Shown here one piece after another: positions 1 to 9,436 of a DNA stretch of 64,000 nt (positions are counted from its first letter, which is position 1; each line of letters opens with the position of its first letter). Position numbers and translations under genes: made by a program. The stretch is from a virus (Duplodnaviria > Caudoviricetes): positions 5,359 to 69,358 of the IMG/VR virus record IMGVR_UViG_3300027815_000009, one strand, 5' to 3'. The notes under the pieces were generated by a model that worked only from the letters and a program-made list of their open reading frames with translations, did no database searches and had not been told where the DNA came from.

Positions 1-153
1 CAGTGCCTGGGACATTTGTTGTCCCTTGGCTTGGATGTCCGCCCAACGCTTGTCCTCGAAGGCGACATCGTTGACGGCCTTCGATATTCCCTCGATGCCG
101 CGCCGCGCCTCTTCGGCCCCGGTTAGGTTTACTCGGAGACCGACGTCAGCCAT
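1..153 (-). CDS. Tape measure protein, N-terminal fragment (runs off window start)
   Basis: Manual translation from ATG at 153: MADVGLRVNLTGAEEARRGIEGISKAVNDVAFEDKRWADIQAKGQQMSQAL; overlaps the stop of the chaperone frameshift extension, the usual tape-measure position. Confidence 0.6.
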   Translation of the reverse strand, partial: MADVGLRVNLTGAEEARRGIEGISKAVNDVAFEDKRWADIQAKGQQMSQAL

Positions 154-367
154 GGCGGTACGCCTTCTGCAACGCGGAGAGCACAGCCATCTCGATCATA
201 GGGCCTACCCCTTCCTTTGCGAACTTCACGTGAGCCTCGTCGTGCGCCCTGACCTGTTCCCGAAGGCGGCCGTGGAGCACGCCCACCTCCTCTTCGGTGA
301 ACTCCTCTATGTCGCCAGGTCCCCACCCCCACCACCAGGCGAAGTCGGCGAGGGTGTAGAGAAAGGG
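146..367 (-). CDS. Tail assembly chaperone GT extension (-1 frameshift product)
   Basis: The -1 frame from slippery C CCT TTC (361-367) reads PFLYTLADFAWWWGWGPGDIEEFTEEEVGVLHGRLREQ...AYRHG*; no own start codon. Confidence 0.7.
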   Translation of the reverse strand, partial: PFLYTLADFAWWWGWGPGDIEEFTEEEVGVLHGRLREQVRAHDEAHVKFAKEGVGPMIEMAVLSALQKAYRHG

Positions 368-684
368 AGTCCACCTCCGGCTTTCGCCGAAAGCTTGCGG
401 AAGGCGGCAACCGCGATGTCGGCAACCGTCGCCATGCTGATCTCCTCGACCTCTGCCTCCGTGGTTTCGGGACGAACGAGGCGGAGCATGAAGAGCGCGA
501 ACCTGAACTCATCCTCCGGGGTGAATTTCCCGATCCTCGAAAGGTCTACCTCATGCTCTTTCCAGAGCTTTCGCTTGTGCCCCAGCGTCAGCATCGGCAT
601 CCGATCCAGGTCCACCTCGACCCCTCCGACGATGACCTTGTTGTTGAACGATTCCGGCGAGCTCGTCTTGGCCGCTTGGTCCAT
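307..684 (-). CDS. Tail assembly chaperone (gpG-like)
   Basis: Between tail tube and tape measure; AAGGAGG SD before ATG at 684 (MDQAAK). Confidence 0.7.
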   Translation of the reverse strand: MDQAAKTSSPESFNNKVIVGGVEVDLDRMPMLTLGHKRKLWKEHEVDLSRIGKFTPEDEFRFALFMLRLVRPETTEAEVEEISMATVADIAVAAFRKLSAKAGGGLPFSTPSPTSPGGGGGDLAT

Positions 685-704
685 CCGCAGATCCTCCTTC
701 CGGT

Positions 705-1727
705 TCAAAAATTGCTTTTCGTTGTGGTCAACATGACACGCACCGCCGCGAGCGACGATGCGAGGTAACGCGCAACGCCGTCAAAACCCACCGTCTGCCG
801 GCCGCGGCCGCCCATGCCCATCGGGAAGGCGGTGTAGACCATCCGCGGGATCTCGATGTGCATCGCGAAGCTCTGCGCCCGCGTGAGCGTCACGACCATC
901 GCGCGCTCCGTCTGGTTGATGAAGTCCAGCTCCTCCGCGTTGTCCGCGAAGTCCAGCGTCCCGGAAACGCGGATCATCTGCGGCCCTTGAGTCCTCACGC
1001 GCGTGATCTCGTTCGAATTGTTGAGCGCCGCGATGCCTTCCAACTGGTTGTCCACCACCATCTGGAACGCTTCCAGCCGCGTGTTCGCCGCCCCCGCGAT
1101 CTGCACGGACGCGGTGTCGAACGTGAACGGCTCTGTCGAAGACCCCGGGAAGGTCGGCGTCGTCGCGCTGATCATGCTGCGCGTTTTCGCGAGCCATTCC
1201 GCCGTCGCACGAAGGTCCTGGTTCGGCGCGAGGGCCAAGGTCAGGCGGTTCAATTGAGCCCCGGCGTAGCGGTGGGAGCCGGAGCTGATGTTCCGGTTCA
1301 CCTCCATCGTGAACGGCTGCCGCGGAACCCCGTCCGCGAACTCGCTCTTGCAGCCCGTGAAGTGGAGCTGGAAGAGGTACCCGGAGAGGATCACCGTCTG
1401 GCTGATGTTGTTGAACGCCGCCTTGAGCAGGTGCCCGAGCGACACCGGGTGCCCGGCGTGCGTGATCGAACCCGCGGTGCGGCGCATCCCCGCGGAGTCG
1501 TCCGGTTCGTAGAAGCCGCCGAAGATGTTCCGCGTCGGGAATCGGTCGATGCTCGTCGAGATGTTCTCGCTCAAGAGCTCCACGTAGTCAGTGGCCGCGA
1601 CCGCCGTGCCCCACGTGGTTTCCTTGGCGACGCCGAGAAACCCGAGGTGCCCCTGCGCCCTGGCGCCCAGGGCCATTTCGGCCCAGAGCAGCATCGCGAT
1701 GGTGAGTGCCTTCAAGATCGTCTTCAT
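705..1727 (-). CDS. Major tail tube protein with 21-aa N-terminal leader
   Basis: GFLGVAKETTWGT start motif typical of tube proteins, beta-rich, synteny; AGGAGG SD before MKTILK. Confidence 0.8.
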   Translation of the reverse strand: MKTILKALTIAMLLWAEMALGARAQGHLGFLGVAKETTWGTAVAATDYVELLSENISTSIDRFPTRNIFGGFYEPDDSAGMRRTAGSITHAGHPVSLGHLLKAAFNNISQTVILSGYLFQLHFTGCKSEFADGVPRQPFTMEVNRNISSGSHRYAGAQLNRLTLALAPNQDLRATAEWLAKTRSMISATTPTFPGSSTEPFTFDTASVQIAGAANTRLEAFQMVVDNQLEGIAALNNSNEITRVRTQGPQMIRVSGTLDFADNAEELDFINQTERAMVVTLTRAQSFAMHIEIPRMVYTAFPMGMGGRGRQTVGFDGVARYLASSLAAVRVMLTTTKSNF

Positions 1728-1752
1728 GGCCTTGCCTCCTTCGTTGAAATTG

Positions 1753-2199
1753 TCACGTTGCTATCGCCGTCGCTTCGCCCACCATCCTCGTTTCGGCGAT
1801 CGCGTAAGACCCGGTCGTTTCGTCCCGGACGGAGATGAACTCCCCGCCCTCGATCCATCCGGACGCGAGCTTGTCGCCGATCGTCCGGTTGTTCATCAGC
1901 ACCAACTCGAGCGCCCCGACGAGTTCGTCACGCAGCGCCGCGGCCTTCTCGAAACTCATCGCGTACCCCATCGCCCAGGCGCTAAGCGTAACCTCCCACC
2001 GCGTGCGCTTCCCTGCGGCCAAAGGTTGCCCCGCAGATGGACGACGATTCCCGAGCGTCAGGACGATTGCCTTGCCGGCCCCGGAAAGATCGAAGGCCGG
2101 ATCCTCCTCGACGAAAACAGGGACACCGTCGAGCGAGGCGTCCGCCTCTATGATCGTCTTGAGCTGCGTCAGAAGCCCGTGATAGTTAACCGCTGCCAC
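1753..2199 (-). CDS. Tail terminator/completion protein (putative)
   Basis: 148 aa, immediately upstream of the tube gene. Confidence 0.5.
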   Translation of the reverse strand: MAAVNYHGLLTQLKTIIEADASLDGVPVFVEEDPAFDLSGAGKAIVLTLGNRRPSAGQPLAAGKRTRWEVTLSAWAMGYAMSFEKAAALRDELVGALELVLMNNRTIGDKLASGWIEGGEFISVRDETTGSYAIAETRMVGEATAIAT

Positions 2200-2767
2200 G
2201 GTCGGCCTCCATCTGGATCATCTCGTCCACCACCTCGACCACGAGCCGTTCGGCGGTCGCGGCGGTCGGGAGAACGGGGCGGGCGGGAATCCCGGGGTGG
2301 TTCACCTGCTTGCCGAAGTTCACCCACGCCCCGGATCTGAGCCGCGCGGCGAGCGTGCGAGCCTGTTTCACGCGGATGACGAACGGCCCCGTTCCGTGCT
2401 CGTGGATCTTGCCGAGCGGGATTCCGGAGGGAGTTTTCACGTTCGAACCAACCTCGACGAACGTGCGGTCATCCGTTTCGTAGTCAGTCCCAGGGCCAGC
2501 TCTGCCGCCAACGTCTCGAACGAACGACTGCTTGTACCGTCCGGTGTCTTGGAGCGGCTGATCGCCGCCACGCGCACGCATCGCCAGCGTGAGCGGGGAC
2601 AACGGCCGCCACGCCCCACGCCCCTTCGTCTTGAAGGACTCGTCAACGTAGGAAAGAAGGCGCAGCCCAATGACCTTGAGGATCACGCCTGGACCCACGG
2701 CCTTCGCCAGGCGTTCGATCTTCGCCCTGGCGGCAAGCGCCGTCACGTTGATCGTCACCGTGGTCAC
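2186..2767 (-). CDS. Virion morphogenesis protein (Mu gpG-like neck/tail completion)
   Basis: WRPLSP..LQDTGR..S, GSNV..YGxIHEHG, IPARPVL motifs of Mu G-like proteins. Confidence 0.75.
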   Translation of the reverse strand: MTTVTINVTALAARAKIERLAKAVGPGVILKVIGLRLLSYVDESFKTKGRGAWRPLSPLTLAMRARGGDQPLQDTGRYKQSFVRDVGGRAGPGTDYETDDRTFVEVGSNVKTPSGIPLGKIHEHGTGPFVIRVKQARTLAARLRSGAWVNFGKQVNHPGIPARPVLPTAATAERLVVEVVDEMIQMEADRGSG

Positions 2768-3270
2768 AGCCCCCTCCCGAGGCGGGCCGTCTCGATCGCG
2801 TCGAGCTTGTCCGTGTCCACAACCTGGTCGTACCGAGACCCCTCGTGGAAGGTTGGGTTCTGGGCCATCGTGGTCGACCAGATCTCACCGCGCTCCGTGG
2901 TCGAGACCCCGATCACGGCAAGCGAATTGTCCAGAAGCCCGACCTTGCCGGTCATGATCTGGTCGAGCAGCTTCTGGTCCATCTCGTGCTGGACCGCCAA
3001 AGGGGCTCGTCCCTGGACCGCCGGCGGGAAGTGGACGAGCCCGCGCTGGATGGCGATCCGGAAGATCGCCTCCCGAAGGGCGAGCGTCGCGACGATCGGG
3101 CAGCCGTTCGCGAACGGGAGCGCGTACTTGGCCGCGACCTTGGTGTTGATCTCGTTCTCGACCTGGTCGATGAACCCGGCCACGACGGCCGAGTTCAGCC
3201 CCGTCGTCTGCGCGGTGTTGATCGCGGGGTAGGCGGCGAAGACGCTGCCGGGGTTGGTGTAATAGCTCAC
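2764..3270 (-). CDS. Head-tail adaptor (Mu gp36/DUF1320-like)
   Basis: MSYYT start, EINTKVAAKYALPF motif, synteny. Confidence 0.65.
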   Translation of the reverse strand: MSYYTNPGSVFAAYPAINTAQTTGLNSAVVAGFIDQVENEINTKVAAKYALPFANGCPIVATLALREAIFRIAIQRGLVHFPPAVQGRAPLAVQHEMDQKLLDQIMTGKVGLLDNSLAVIGVSTTERGEIWSTTMAQNPTFHEGSRYDQVVDTDKLDAIETARLGRGL

Positions 3271-6200
3271 CAGTACCTCGTGTCCATCGGCGCCGCAGCA
3301 TCCCGCGCCCGGTTCGTGATCTCGGCGACGAAGTCATCCACCGTGGCGAACCGCGCTTTGGTCGTTCCGTTCAGATGCGCGTCGACCTTGTCCACGTTGA
3401 TCGAGAACGCGGAGTCGAACCCCTGAGCCAGAACCGCGTTAGCTTGCGAGTAATACTCGATCGGGTCGACGTTGGTGAAATGCCCTTTGCCGAGGAAATG
3501 CCGGCGGTAGAGCTCGACCACCTCCTCGCACGCCTTGCGGATGCCGGGCGTCACGCGGCTGCCGTTGTTCCGCAGCTCATGCCCAACCAGGAGCATCTTG
3601 TCGCGCATGATGAAATGCTTCTGGAGCAGTCTTTCGGGATACTTCTCCATGTCCGCCTCGAGCATCGGGAGGTTGCGGCCGAACTTCTTCTGCCGCCCGC
3701 TCTCGATCAGGTACCCGACGTGCGGGATGTGGACGTCGGGGAGAACGGTCACGGCGCCCGGCCCCATGTTCAAGCCCTTCTCGGGGTGCTCGTGGATCAT
3801 GCCGATGAACCGCATCCCGCTCCCGGTTTTCAGCGGGTTGCGGAAAAGCCTCACAGGCAGGTCGGCGCCGAAGTTCGCGTCCACGCTGAAGTGATGCTGC
3901 CGGATCGAATACCCGTCGAAGCCGTTCGGCCGGAGGTACTTCGCCACCTTGTCTGGCTGGAGCAGCTTCTCGTCCGTGTCGAGCCAGAGCCCCCAATCGC
4001 CACGGGCTTCCGAAAGCGCCTTGTTGCGCGGCGTCTCGAAACCGTCCGCCTTCGGGTCGCCCCCGGGGATGACGCGGATGTCCAGAAGGTAGGCGTGGGG
4101 CTTCCCGTCGAGCGGCACCCAGCGGTACTGGTCGATGATCCGGTGCGCCTCTTCCGAGAGCCCGCAGTCGGCGATGATCAGCTCGTCGGCGACGTGGACC
4201 AGGGACCTCAGGCACCAGTGCAGCGTCTCATCCGCCGCTTCCCCGCCGGCCATGATCATCGCGCTGACCGTCTGCCGCGGGCGCTGGATCGCGAGCTTGC
4301 GGTCCATGTCGATCGCGCCGATCTTCCCGCGACCGTCCGGGTGTACCTCGTACTGCACCACCCACCAGCCCAGGGCCTCGTCGGTTTCCGGGGAGTGCCC
4401 GAACGGCATCGAGCTGATCGAAAGCTGTGAACTGCGTCCCTTGACGTCCAGGATGTCGTGGAGGTCGTGGAGGTCGAACTCGCGGACGTGGGCGCGGTGC
4501 GGATACCGCCTGTAATCGGAATACTCCCACGGGCCGTGAGGGACGGTCATCCAGACGCGCCCGCCGTCCTTCACGCGCTCGTCCAGGGCGACGATCAAAG
4601 CTCCGGGATCGGGGACATGTTCCAGGACCTCCTGCGCCATGACGATGTCGTACTGCTCGCGCATCTCCGGCACGTCCGGGTCGGAAAGCCGGTCGAGGTC
4701 TCCAACCACCCCCCGCCAGCGGTCCGAGACACCGAGCTTCTCCGCGAACTGGTCCGCGAGCTGGATTCCACGGAGGTCGATGTCGATGCCCGTGATCCTG
4801 AGCCGCGGGATCTCCTTCAGGAGGTTGGTCGCATACCCGCCGTGCGCGCAGCCGTAGTCTAGGACCGAAAGCATCTGCCCCTCCGGGAGCGCGTCCACCT
4901 GCGCCTGGAGCCACTGCCGGACGGCCTTGTACCGCGGCTCCTGCGGCGACCAGTCGATCACGCGCGCGTCGTGCGTCGCGCCGATCCGCTCGTACTGGAT
5001 GCGCATCCCATCCGGCCGGTCCAGGAAGCCCCAGTCCTCCTCGATGCGCCGGCGCACGGGCGCGCTCGCCGCGTCGTCCGCGGGAAGCCTCTTGAGGCAC
5101 TCCTTCGCCCCGTAGATCTCGCTCCGGCGCCAGAAGTGGTTGGCCAGAGTCGCCAGATCCGCAGATCTGGAACGAATTTCGGCCTCCATCATCTCGCTCC
5201 ACTGCTTCGCCACGCCATCCCACCCCAGCGTGGCCGCGCGCGCCAGGCCGGCGGCCGACGCACGTCTGCGGGCCTCCGGATCGCGCATGTACCGCAGGCA
5301 GGCCTCGGCGAAGGCGTCCGCGTAGGCTGCCGTGTGGACGGGCTCCGCGATGAGGCGCCCGGCCTCCGGGGACAGGGTTTCCGGCAGCGCCCCGCGCGCG
5401 GAGGTGACCACGGGCATCCCGCACGCCTGGGCTTCCATGATGCTGATGCAGGAAATTTCATCGAAATCGGGCGCCAGCCGCGATGGCGTCGGGTAGACGT
5501 ACTGCCCCGCGGCGTGGTACGCGGTGTAGAGCTCGGACTTCGTGAGCGACCCGAGGGCCACGACGTTGCCCTTCATGCTCTCGGCGAGTGCGCGGCAGTG
5601 CCCGTAGAAGTCCGCCAGGTGCTCCACCGGGTTGTCGTAGGCCGAGACGAAGAGCTTGGCGTTTGGCTCCTCCTTCAGGATGCGCGGCATGATCTCCGCG
5701 AGCAGGATGTCCAGCCCGCGTTCGGGCCGCGCCGCGAAGAACATCGAGAGCGGATTCCTGGTGGTGGTCTTCAGGGCCTCGAACTCGGCCCGCGCCGCGG
5801 CGACGGCTTCCAGGTCGACCCCGTTGCGCGTCAGGAAGAGCTGCGAGTCCGAGAACCCGTAGACCTGCTTGTACTGCCCGCGCATGAACTCGGAGAGGAC
5901 GGCCACCTTGTCCCAGTTCCAGGACGTTCCACGGTACATCGGCTCGGCGCGTTTCATCGCGAGGTCGTGGCACCAGAGGATCGTCAGCTTCGCCTGGTTG
6001 TACCCCTGCAGCATGTCCGGCGCCCGTTGAACGATGCACACGTCATGCGGGGTGTATTCGACCCACGCCCTGAAATTTTGCAGCGGAATGTAGTCAACGT
6101 CAGCGCAAGAGACCATCTTCTCCGTATTGCAAAACACAGTCACGCTGTGTTTCAGTTTTGCCAAGGCGCGCGCGAGATAATACCCCGCCGATTCTGAGCC

Positions 6201-6281
6201 TCCCAAGCTCTGTCGGTTGAAAGTTTCCCCGTTGAAAGGAAGCCCAGGCACGGCCATAGCAATCGTCAAAGGGCGGCTCAT
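3267..6281 (-). CDS. Multidomain glycosyltransferase: GT4 (GT-B) + class I SAM methyltransferase + GT2 (GT-A)
   Basis: GGSES, RNGVD, EISCISIMEAQACGMPVVTS (GT4); VLDYGCAHG and EVLEHVPDP (MTase); WLDTDE and RFIGMIHE (GT2); start MSRPL overlaps upstream stop (ATGA). Confidence 0.85.
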   Translation of the reverse strand: MSRPLTIAMAVPGLPFNGETFNRQSLGGSESAGYYLARALAKLKHSVTVFCNTEKMVSCADVDYIPLQNFRAWVEYTPHDVCIVQRAPDMLQGYNQAKLTILWCHDLAMKRAEPMYRGTSWNWDKVAVLSEFMRGQYKQVYGFSDSQLFLTRNGVDLEAVAAARAEFEALKTTTRNPLSMFFAARPERGLDILLAEIMPRILKEEPNAKLFVSAYDNPVEHLADFYGHCRALAESMKGNVVALGSLTKSELYTAYHAAGQYVYPTPSRLAPDFDEISCISIMEAQACGMPVVTSARGALPETLSPEAGRLIAEPVHTAAYADAFAEACLRYMRDPEARRRASAAGLARAATLGWDGVAKQWSEMMEAEIRSRSADLATLANHFWRRSEIYGAKECLKRLPADDAASAPVRRRIEEDWGFLDRPDGMRIQYERIGATHDARVIDWSPQEPRYKAVRQWLQAQVDALPEGQMLSVLDYGCAHGGYATNLLKEIPRLRITGIDIDLRGIQLADQFAEKLGVSDRWRGVVGDLDRLSDPDVPEMREQYDIVMAQEVLEHVPDPGALIVALDERVKDGGRVWMTVPHGPWEYSDYRRYPHRAHVREFDLHDLHDILDVKGRSSQLSISSMPFGHSPETDEALGWWVVQYEVHPDGRGKIGAIDMDRKLAIQRPRQTVSAMIMAGGEAADETLHWCLRSLVHVADELIIADCGLSEEAHRIIDQYRWVPLDGKPHAYLLDIRVIPGGDPKADGFETPRNKALSEARGDWGLWLDTDEKLLQPDKVAKYLRPNGFDGYSIRQHHFSVDANFGADLPVRLFRNPLKTGSGMRFIGMIHEHPEKGLNMGPGAVTVLPDVHIPHVGYLIESGRQKKFGRNLPMLEADMEKYPERLLQKHFIMRDKMLLVGHELRNNGSRVTPGIRKACEEVVELYRRHFLGKGHFTNVDPIEYYSQANAVLAQGFDSAFSINVDKVDAHLNGTTKARFATVDDFVAEITNRARDAAAPMDTRYW

Positions 6282-7033
6282 GACACACCCCCAACAACCG
6301 CGTTCCGCATCGCAGTCTTTTTGCGACGCAGGTCCCACGCGATGACCATTTTTGCGCGGGTCTCCTTGGTGTGTGGCCCACTCTTTTTCCCTTGTTGCGC
6401 GGCGCTGATCTTGGCTCTAGTTTCCGGAGAAAGAATTTTTCCTCGGTTCGATGCGCCGATCTTCGCTTTGTGTTCTACGCTCTTTGGCCTTCCGCGCCCA
6501 GCGATAGACATGCGTTCTCGCGTAGTTGCGCTCAAAGGAACACCCAGGTGCGAGGCCGACATGCGCGCCCGCACTTCTGCCGTGAATGGCTTGAGGCGCT
6601 TCGCTTCTTTTAGCGCCGCGCGGTGTTTCGCGCTCTTAGGTTTCCCGCGTTGCCACGCGGATAATTTTTCAAGTGTTTCTTCGGAAGGCCTCATGCCAAG
6701 ATGCGAACGGCCCATCTTCGCCGCCACTTCCGGCCTCAGGGTCGGCGACGTCTGGCCGCCGAACGTCACGTTGTACCCGTTCGGCGTGAGCGTTCCGAAC
6801 ACGCGAATGGCGCGGATTTCGGCGGCTGGCAGGTCGTCGTGATTCATGAATGCAAGGATTTGCTTGTCCGGCGCCCCGTGCTTTCGTATTGCCCGCGTTA
6901 ACGGCAAATCGGATCCAGATTTCGCCGCCGACAAATGGCCAGCGAATCGTGCCTCGATGCCCCTGGTGGTAATGCCGATGTAGGACTTCCCGTTCGGGAA
7001 GTTCAATTTATACAGCGTGCCTGCTTGGGTCAT
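6278..7033 (-). CDS. Free-standing GIY-YIG homing endonuclease with NUMOD3 repeats
   Basis: LYKLNFPNGKSYIGIT, GYNVTFGG, repeated S.ETRAKMS.A motifs. Confidence 0.85.
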   Translation of the reverse strand: MTQAGTLYKLNFPNGKSYIGITTRGIEARFAGHLSAAKSGSDLPLTRAIRKHGAPDKQILAFMNHDDLPAAEIRAIRVFGTLTPNGYNVTFGGQTSPTLRPEVAAKMGRSHLGMRPSEETLEKLSAWQRGKPKSAKHRAALKEAKRLKPFTAEVRARMSASHLGVPLSATTRERMSIAGRGRPKSVEHKAKIGASNRGKILSPETRAKISAAQQGKKSGPHTKETRAKMVIAWDLRRKKTAMRNAVVGGVS

Positions 7034-7102
7034 GTCTCGATCTTCCTGTCGATGATCATGCGGTTGAGGAAAGTTTCTTGGGAGCGCGCGTCGCCGCCCT
7101 CC

Positions 7103-7444
7103 CTAGCGCGGCTTCGTGACAAGGGTGAGCGTGCGGTTGTCGTGCTGGAGCGATCCAGCGGCCGTGACGATCTCGAACCGCGCGTATGCCGGCGAGTCCA
7201 TGCCCGCCGGCCAGCCGATCCAGCGGCTCCCGACGCCAACGGCGAGCTGGAAATCCCCGGACCCGGGCTGCCGCGTCTCGAGCATCCGGACGAAGTTCCC
7301 GCTGACCGTGTCGACATTCCCCTGAACCGCCAGCGTGCCGCTCGCGAGGAGCGTCGGGCAGAAGATCGCCTCGAGCTTGCGCTGCCTGAGGTCTACGTTC
7401 CCGCTGACCAGGAACCCGGAGGCGATGACCGCGTATTCGAGCAT
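7103..7444 (-). CDS. Putative virion protein
   Basis: 113-aa beta-rich ORF in the head module. Confidence 0.45.
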   Translation of the reverse strand: MLEYAVIASGFLVSGNVDLRQRKLEAIFCPTLLASGTLAVQGNVDTVSGNFVRMLETRQPGSGDFQLAVGVGSRWIGWPAGMDSPAYARFEIVTAAGSLQHDNRTLTLVTKPR

Positions 7445-7459
7445 CGGTCCATCGTCCCG

Positions 7460-8098
7460 TTATGCGCTGCCCGGGCGCTTGGTTTCCCACATCACCACGA
7501 CGTCGACGGGTCGCGCGCGGCCGTCCGCCCAGCCGATCGTGAAGTAGCTGCCGTCGCTGATCGTGTTCACCTTCAGCCGCGACGGATCTTTGGCCGCGAT
7601 CTCCCACATCACCACGGCGCCGGAAGCGATCACCGTCAGGCTGTTCGCGGTCGCCAGAGAGAAGGAAACGCCGTTGACGATCGAGTCGACGCGCAGCGCC
7701 TGCCCGGAGGTGATGGCATTCGGGCTCTCGAAGGTGGCTTGGACGATGTCACCGCTGTAGATCGCGATCGTAGACGCCGGCGCCGTGGAGAGGCCTGAGG
7801 CGATGGCCGTGCGGCCCACGAACGTGTAGCCCCCGGCGAGCGCTACCTGCGCCGTCAGCCCGATCAGGCTGTCGCTCGCCACGTTCGAGGTGCTCACCAC
7901 CTGGGACGCAGACCCGCTCGAGAGCGTGGTGCGGCCGGCGAACTGCGCCCCGTGCGAGTTCGTCCGGATGAAGCTCGGCCCCTTGAAGAACGGCGCGAAC
8001 AGGAGCTCCAGCGGCTTCATCGGGCCGACCTGGCAGCCCAGCGCCCCCTCGGTCCAGAGGGCGAGGACGGCGGCGAACAGTGCGAGCGTGCGTTTCAT
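7460..8098 (-). CDS. Putative virion (head decoration/fibre) protein with 21-aa leader and internal duplication
   Basis: AAGGA SD; leader MKRTLALFAAVLALWTEGALG-C; repeats FAGRTTLSSG/FVGRTAIASG, LRVDSIVNG/LKVNTISDG, VVMWE x2. Confidence 0.6.
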   Translation of the reverse strand: MKRTLALFAAVLALWTEGALGCQVGPMKPLELLFAPFFKGPSFIRTNSHGAQFAGRTTLSSGSASQVVSTSNVASDSLIGLTAQVALAGGYTFVGRTAIASGLSTAPASTIAIYSGDIVQATFESPNAITSGQALRVDSIVNGVSFSLATANSLTVIASGAVVMWEIAAKDPSRLKVNTISDGSYFTIGWADGRARPVDVVVMWETKRPGSA

Positions 8099-8123
8099 AT
8101 GCGGTTCCTTTTCGGCGGGATTA

Positions 8124-8336
8124 TCAGTGCGCCCCGGCGCGCGCCGCGGTGCGGGGAGTTTCCTTCCCGCCTCCGTTGCGGTTCTGGAGCACCGTGTTCA
8201 TCTCTTCCGGCTTGCTGAACTCGTCCAGGGACTTGAACCCGGCGTCTTTCGCCACCGAGTGCCAGACCGTGAGCGGCCAGTCGTGCAGGACGCCCGCCTT
8301 GAATCGGCCGGCGTCCTTCGTGAGTCTGCGGAGCAT
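8124..8336 (-). CDS. Small hypothetical protein downstream of the capsid gene
   Basis: AAGGAG SD, MLRRLTKDAG; typical post-capsid small gene. Confidence 0.5.
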   Translation of the reverse strand: MLRRLTKDAGRFKAGVLHDWPLTVWHSVAKDAGFKSLDEFSKPEEMNTVLQNRNGGGKETPRTAARAGAH

Positions 8337-8391
8337 TCTTTCTCCTTTGCAGGTTGCGAGGCTGCCCCGTGGTGGCGGCAGCCCCCTTGGG

Positions 8392-9411
8392 TTACAGCGT
8401 CGAACCCACCAAATACGCAAGTTGCGCCGCGACGATCTTCTCGTCCTGGTAGTAGCCGACCTCAACGACCTCGGCCTTCTTGCCCGGGTCCGGGTCCATG
8501 TACGTCCGCGCCTGCATCGGGGCCGGGGCACCATCGGGCGTCCAGCGGAAGCCGAGGCCGAACGTGGCCGTCTCCTCCGACACGGCGTCCTGGTCGACGT
8601 AGCAGAGCAGCGCGTTGTTGCCCCAGATGTTCGTCATCGAACTCGTGCCGCCCTGTTTCGCGTTCTCGCGGATCGCGTCGGCGACCAGGATGCGGCCCAC
8701 GTCGAAGACCTCCTGGAGCTGCAGCATCGTGAGGAACCCGCCGTCCGTGTACTTGTAGAGGTCCAGCAGGACGGGGTGGCGCCGCACGATGCGGTGCGTG
8801 TCGTAGTCCAGCAGCAGTGTGTTGGCGCGGATGCCGGTGTTGTTCCGGATGAACGCGTGCCCCGTGCTGACGTCGGCGATCGGGTCCGAATTCGCGTAGT
8901 TCGACCACCGGCTGCCCGCGGCGAGGGTGACGCCCGACCCGATGTTCGAGATCGACGTGACCTTATTCGCGATGCGCACCTCGTAGTCGGCGGCGAGCTG
9001 GCTGACGACGAACCGCGCGGTGTTCTGCCGCAACCGCAAAGCCACCATCGCGTTCGCGAGGTCTTCGATCGAGTTGTCGCCCGCCAGCGCGTAGTTGATC
9101 GCGTTATACTGATCCGAGCTGACGCTGAACGAGACGCGCCGCGGCGGCGTCTTCGGCGCCCGGACGGTGGACTGCGGAATGCGCAACCAGTCCGCCTTGG
9201 TGATCGTCGGGTACATGCCGGACTGCTTCGGCACGGGAACGACCGGGAAGAGCGCCGGGCCGACGAAGCCCCCGCGGCTGAACGCCATCACCGCGACGTT
9301 CGAGAGCGGAACGTCGACGTAAACGTCGCGCTGACCGCCGAGGTTCGCGGCGAGCGCCCCCTCGGCGTATGCCGACATAGCGGCGAGCAGGAAGGTGAGG
9401 ATCTTTTTCAT
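8392..9411 (-). CDS. Major capsid protein (HK97 fold, gpE-like) with 21-aa leader
   Basis: DVYVDVPLSNVAV, LFPVVPVPKQSGMY, IWGNNALLCYV and DEKIVAAQLAYL motifs; AGGAG SD before MKKILT at 9411. Confidence 0.85.
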   Translation of the reverse strand: MKKILTFLLAAMSAYAEGALAANLGGQRDVYVDVPLSNVAVMAFSRGGFVGPALFPVVPVPKQSGMYPTITKADWLRIPQSTVRAPKTPPRRVSFSVSSDQYNAINYALAGDNSIEDLANAMVALRLRQNTARFVVSQLAADYEVRIANKVTSISNIGSGVTLAAGSRWSNYANSDPIADVSTGHAFIRNNTGIRANTLLLDYDTHRIVRRHPVLLDLYKYTDGGFLTMLQLQEVFDVGRILVADAIRENAKQGGTSSMTNIWGNNALLCYVDQDAVSEETATFGLGFRWTPDGAPAPMQARTYMDPDPGKKAEVVEVGYYQDEKIVAAQLAYLVGSTL

Positions 9412-9436
9412 GGTTACGTTTCTCCTGACGTTGACG

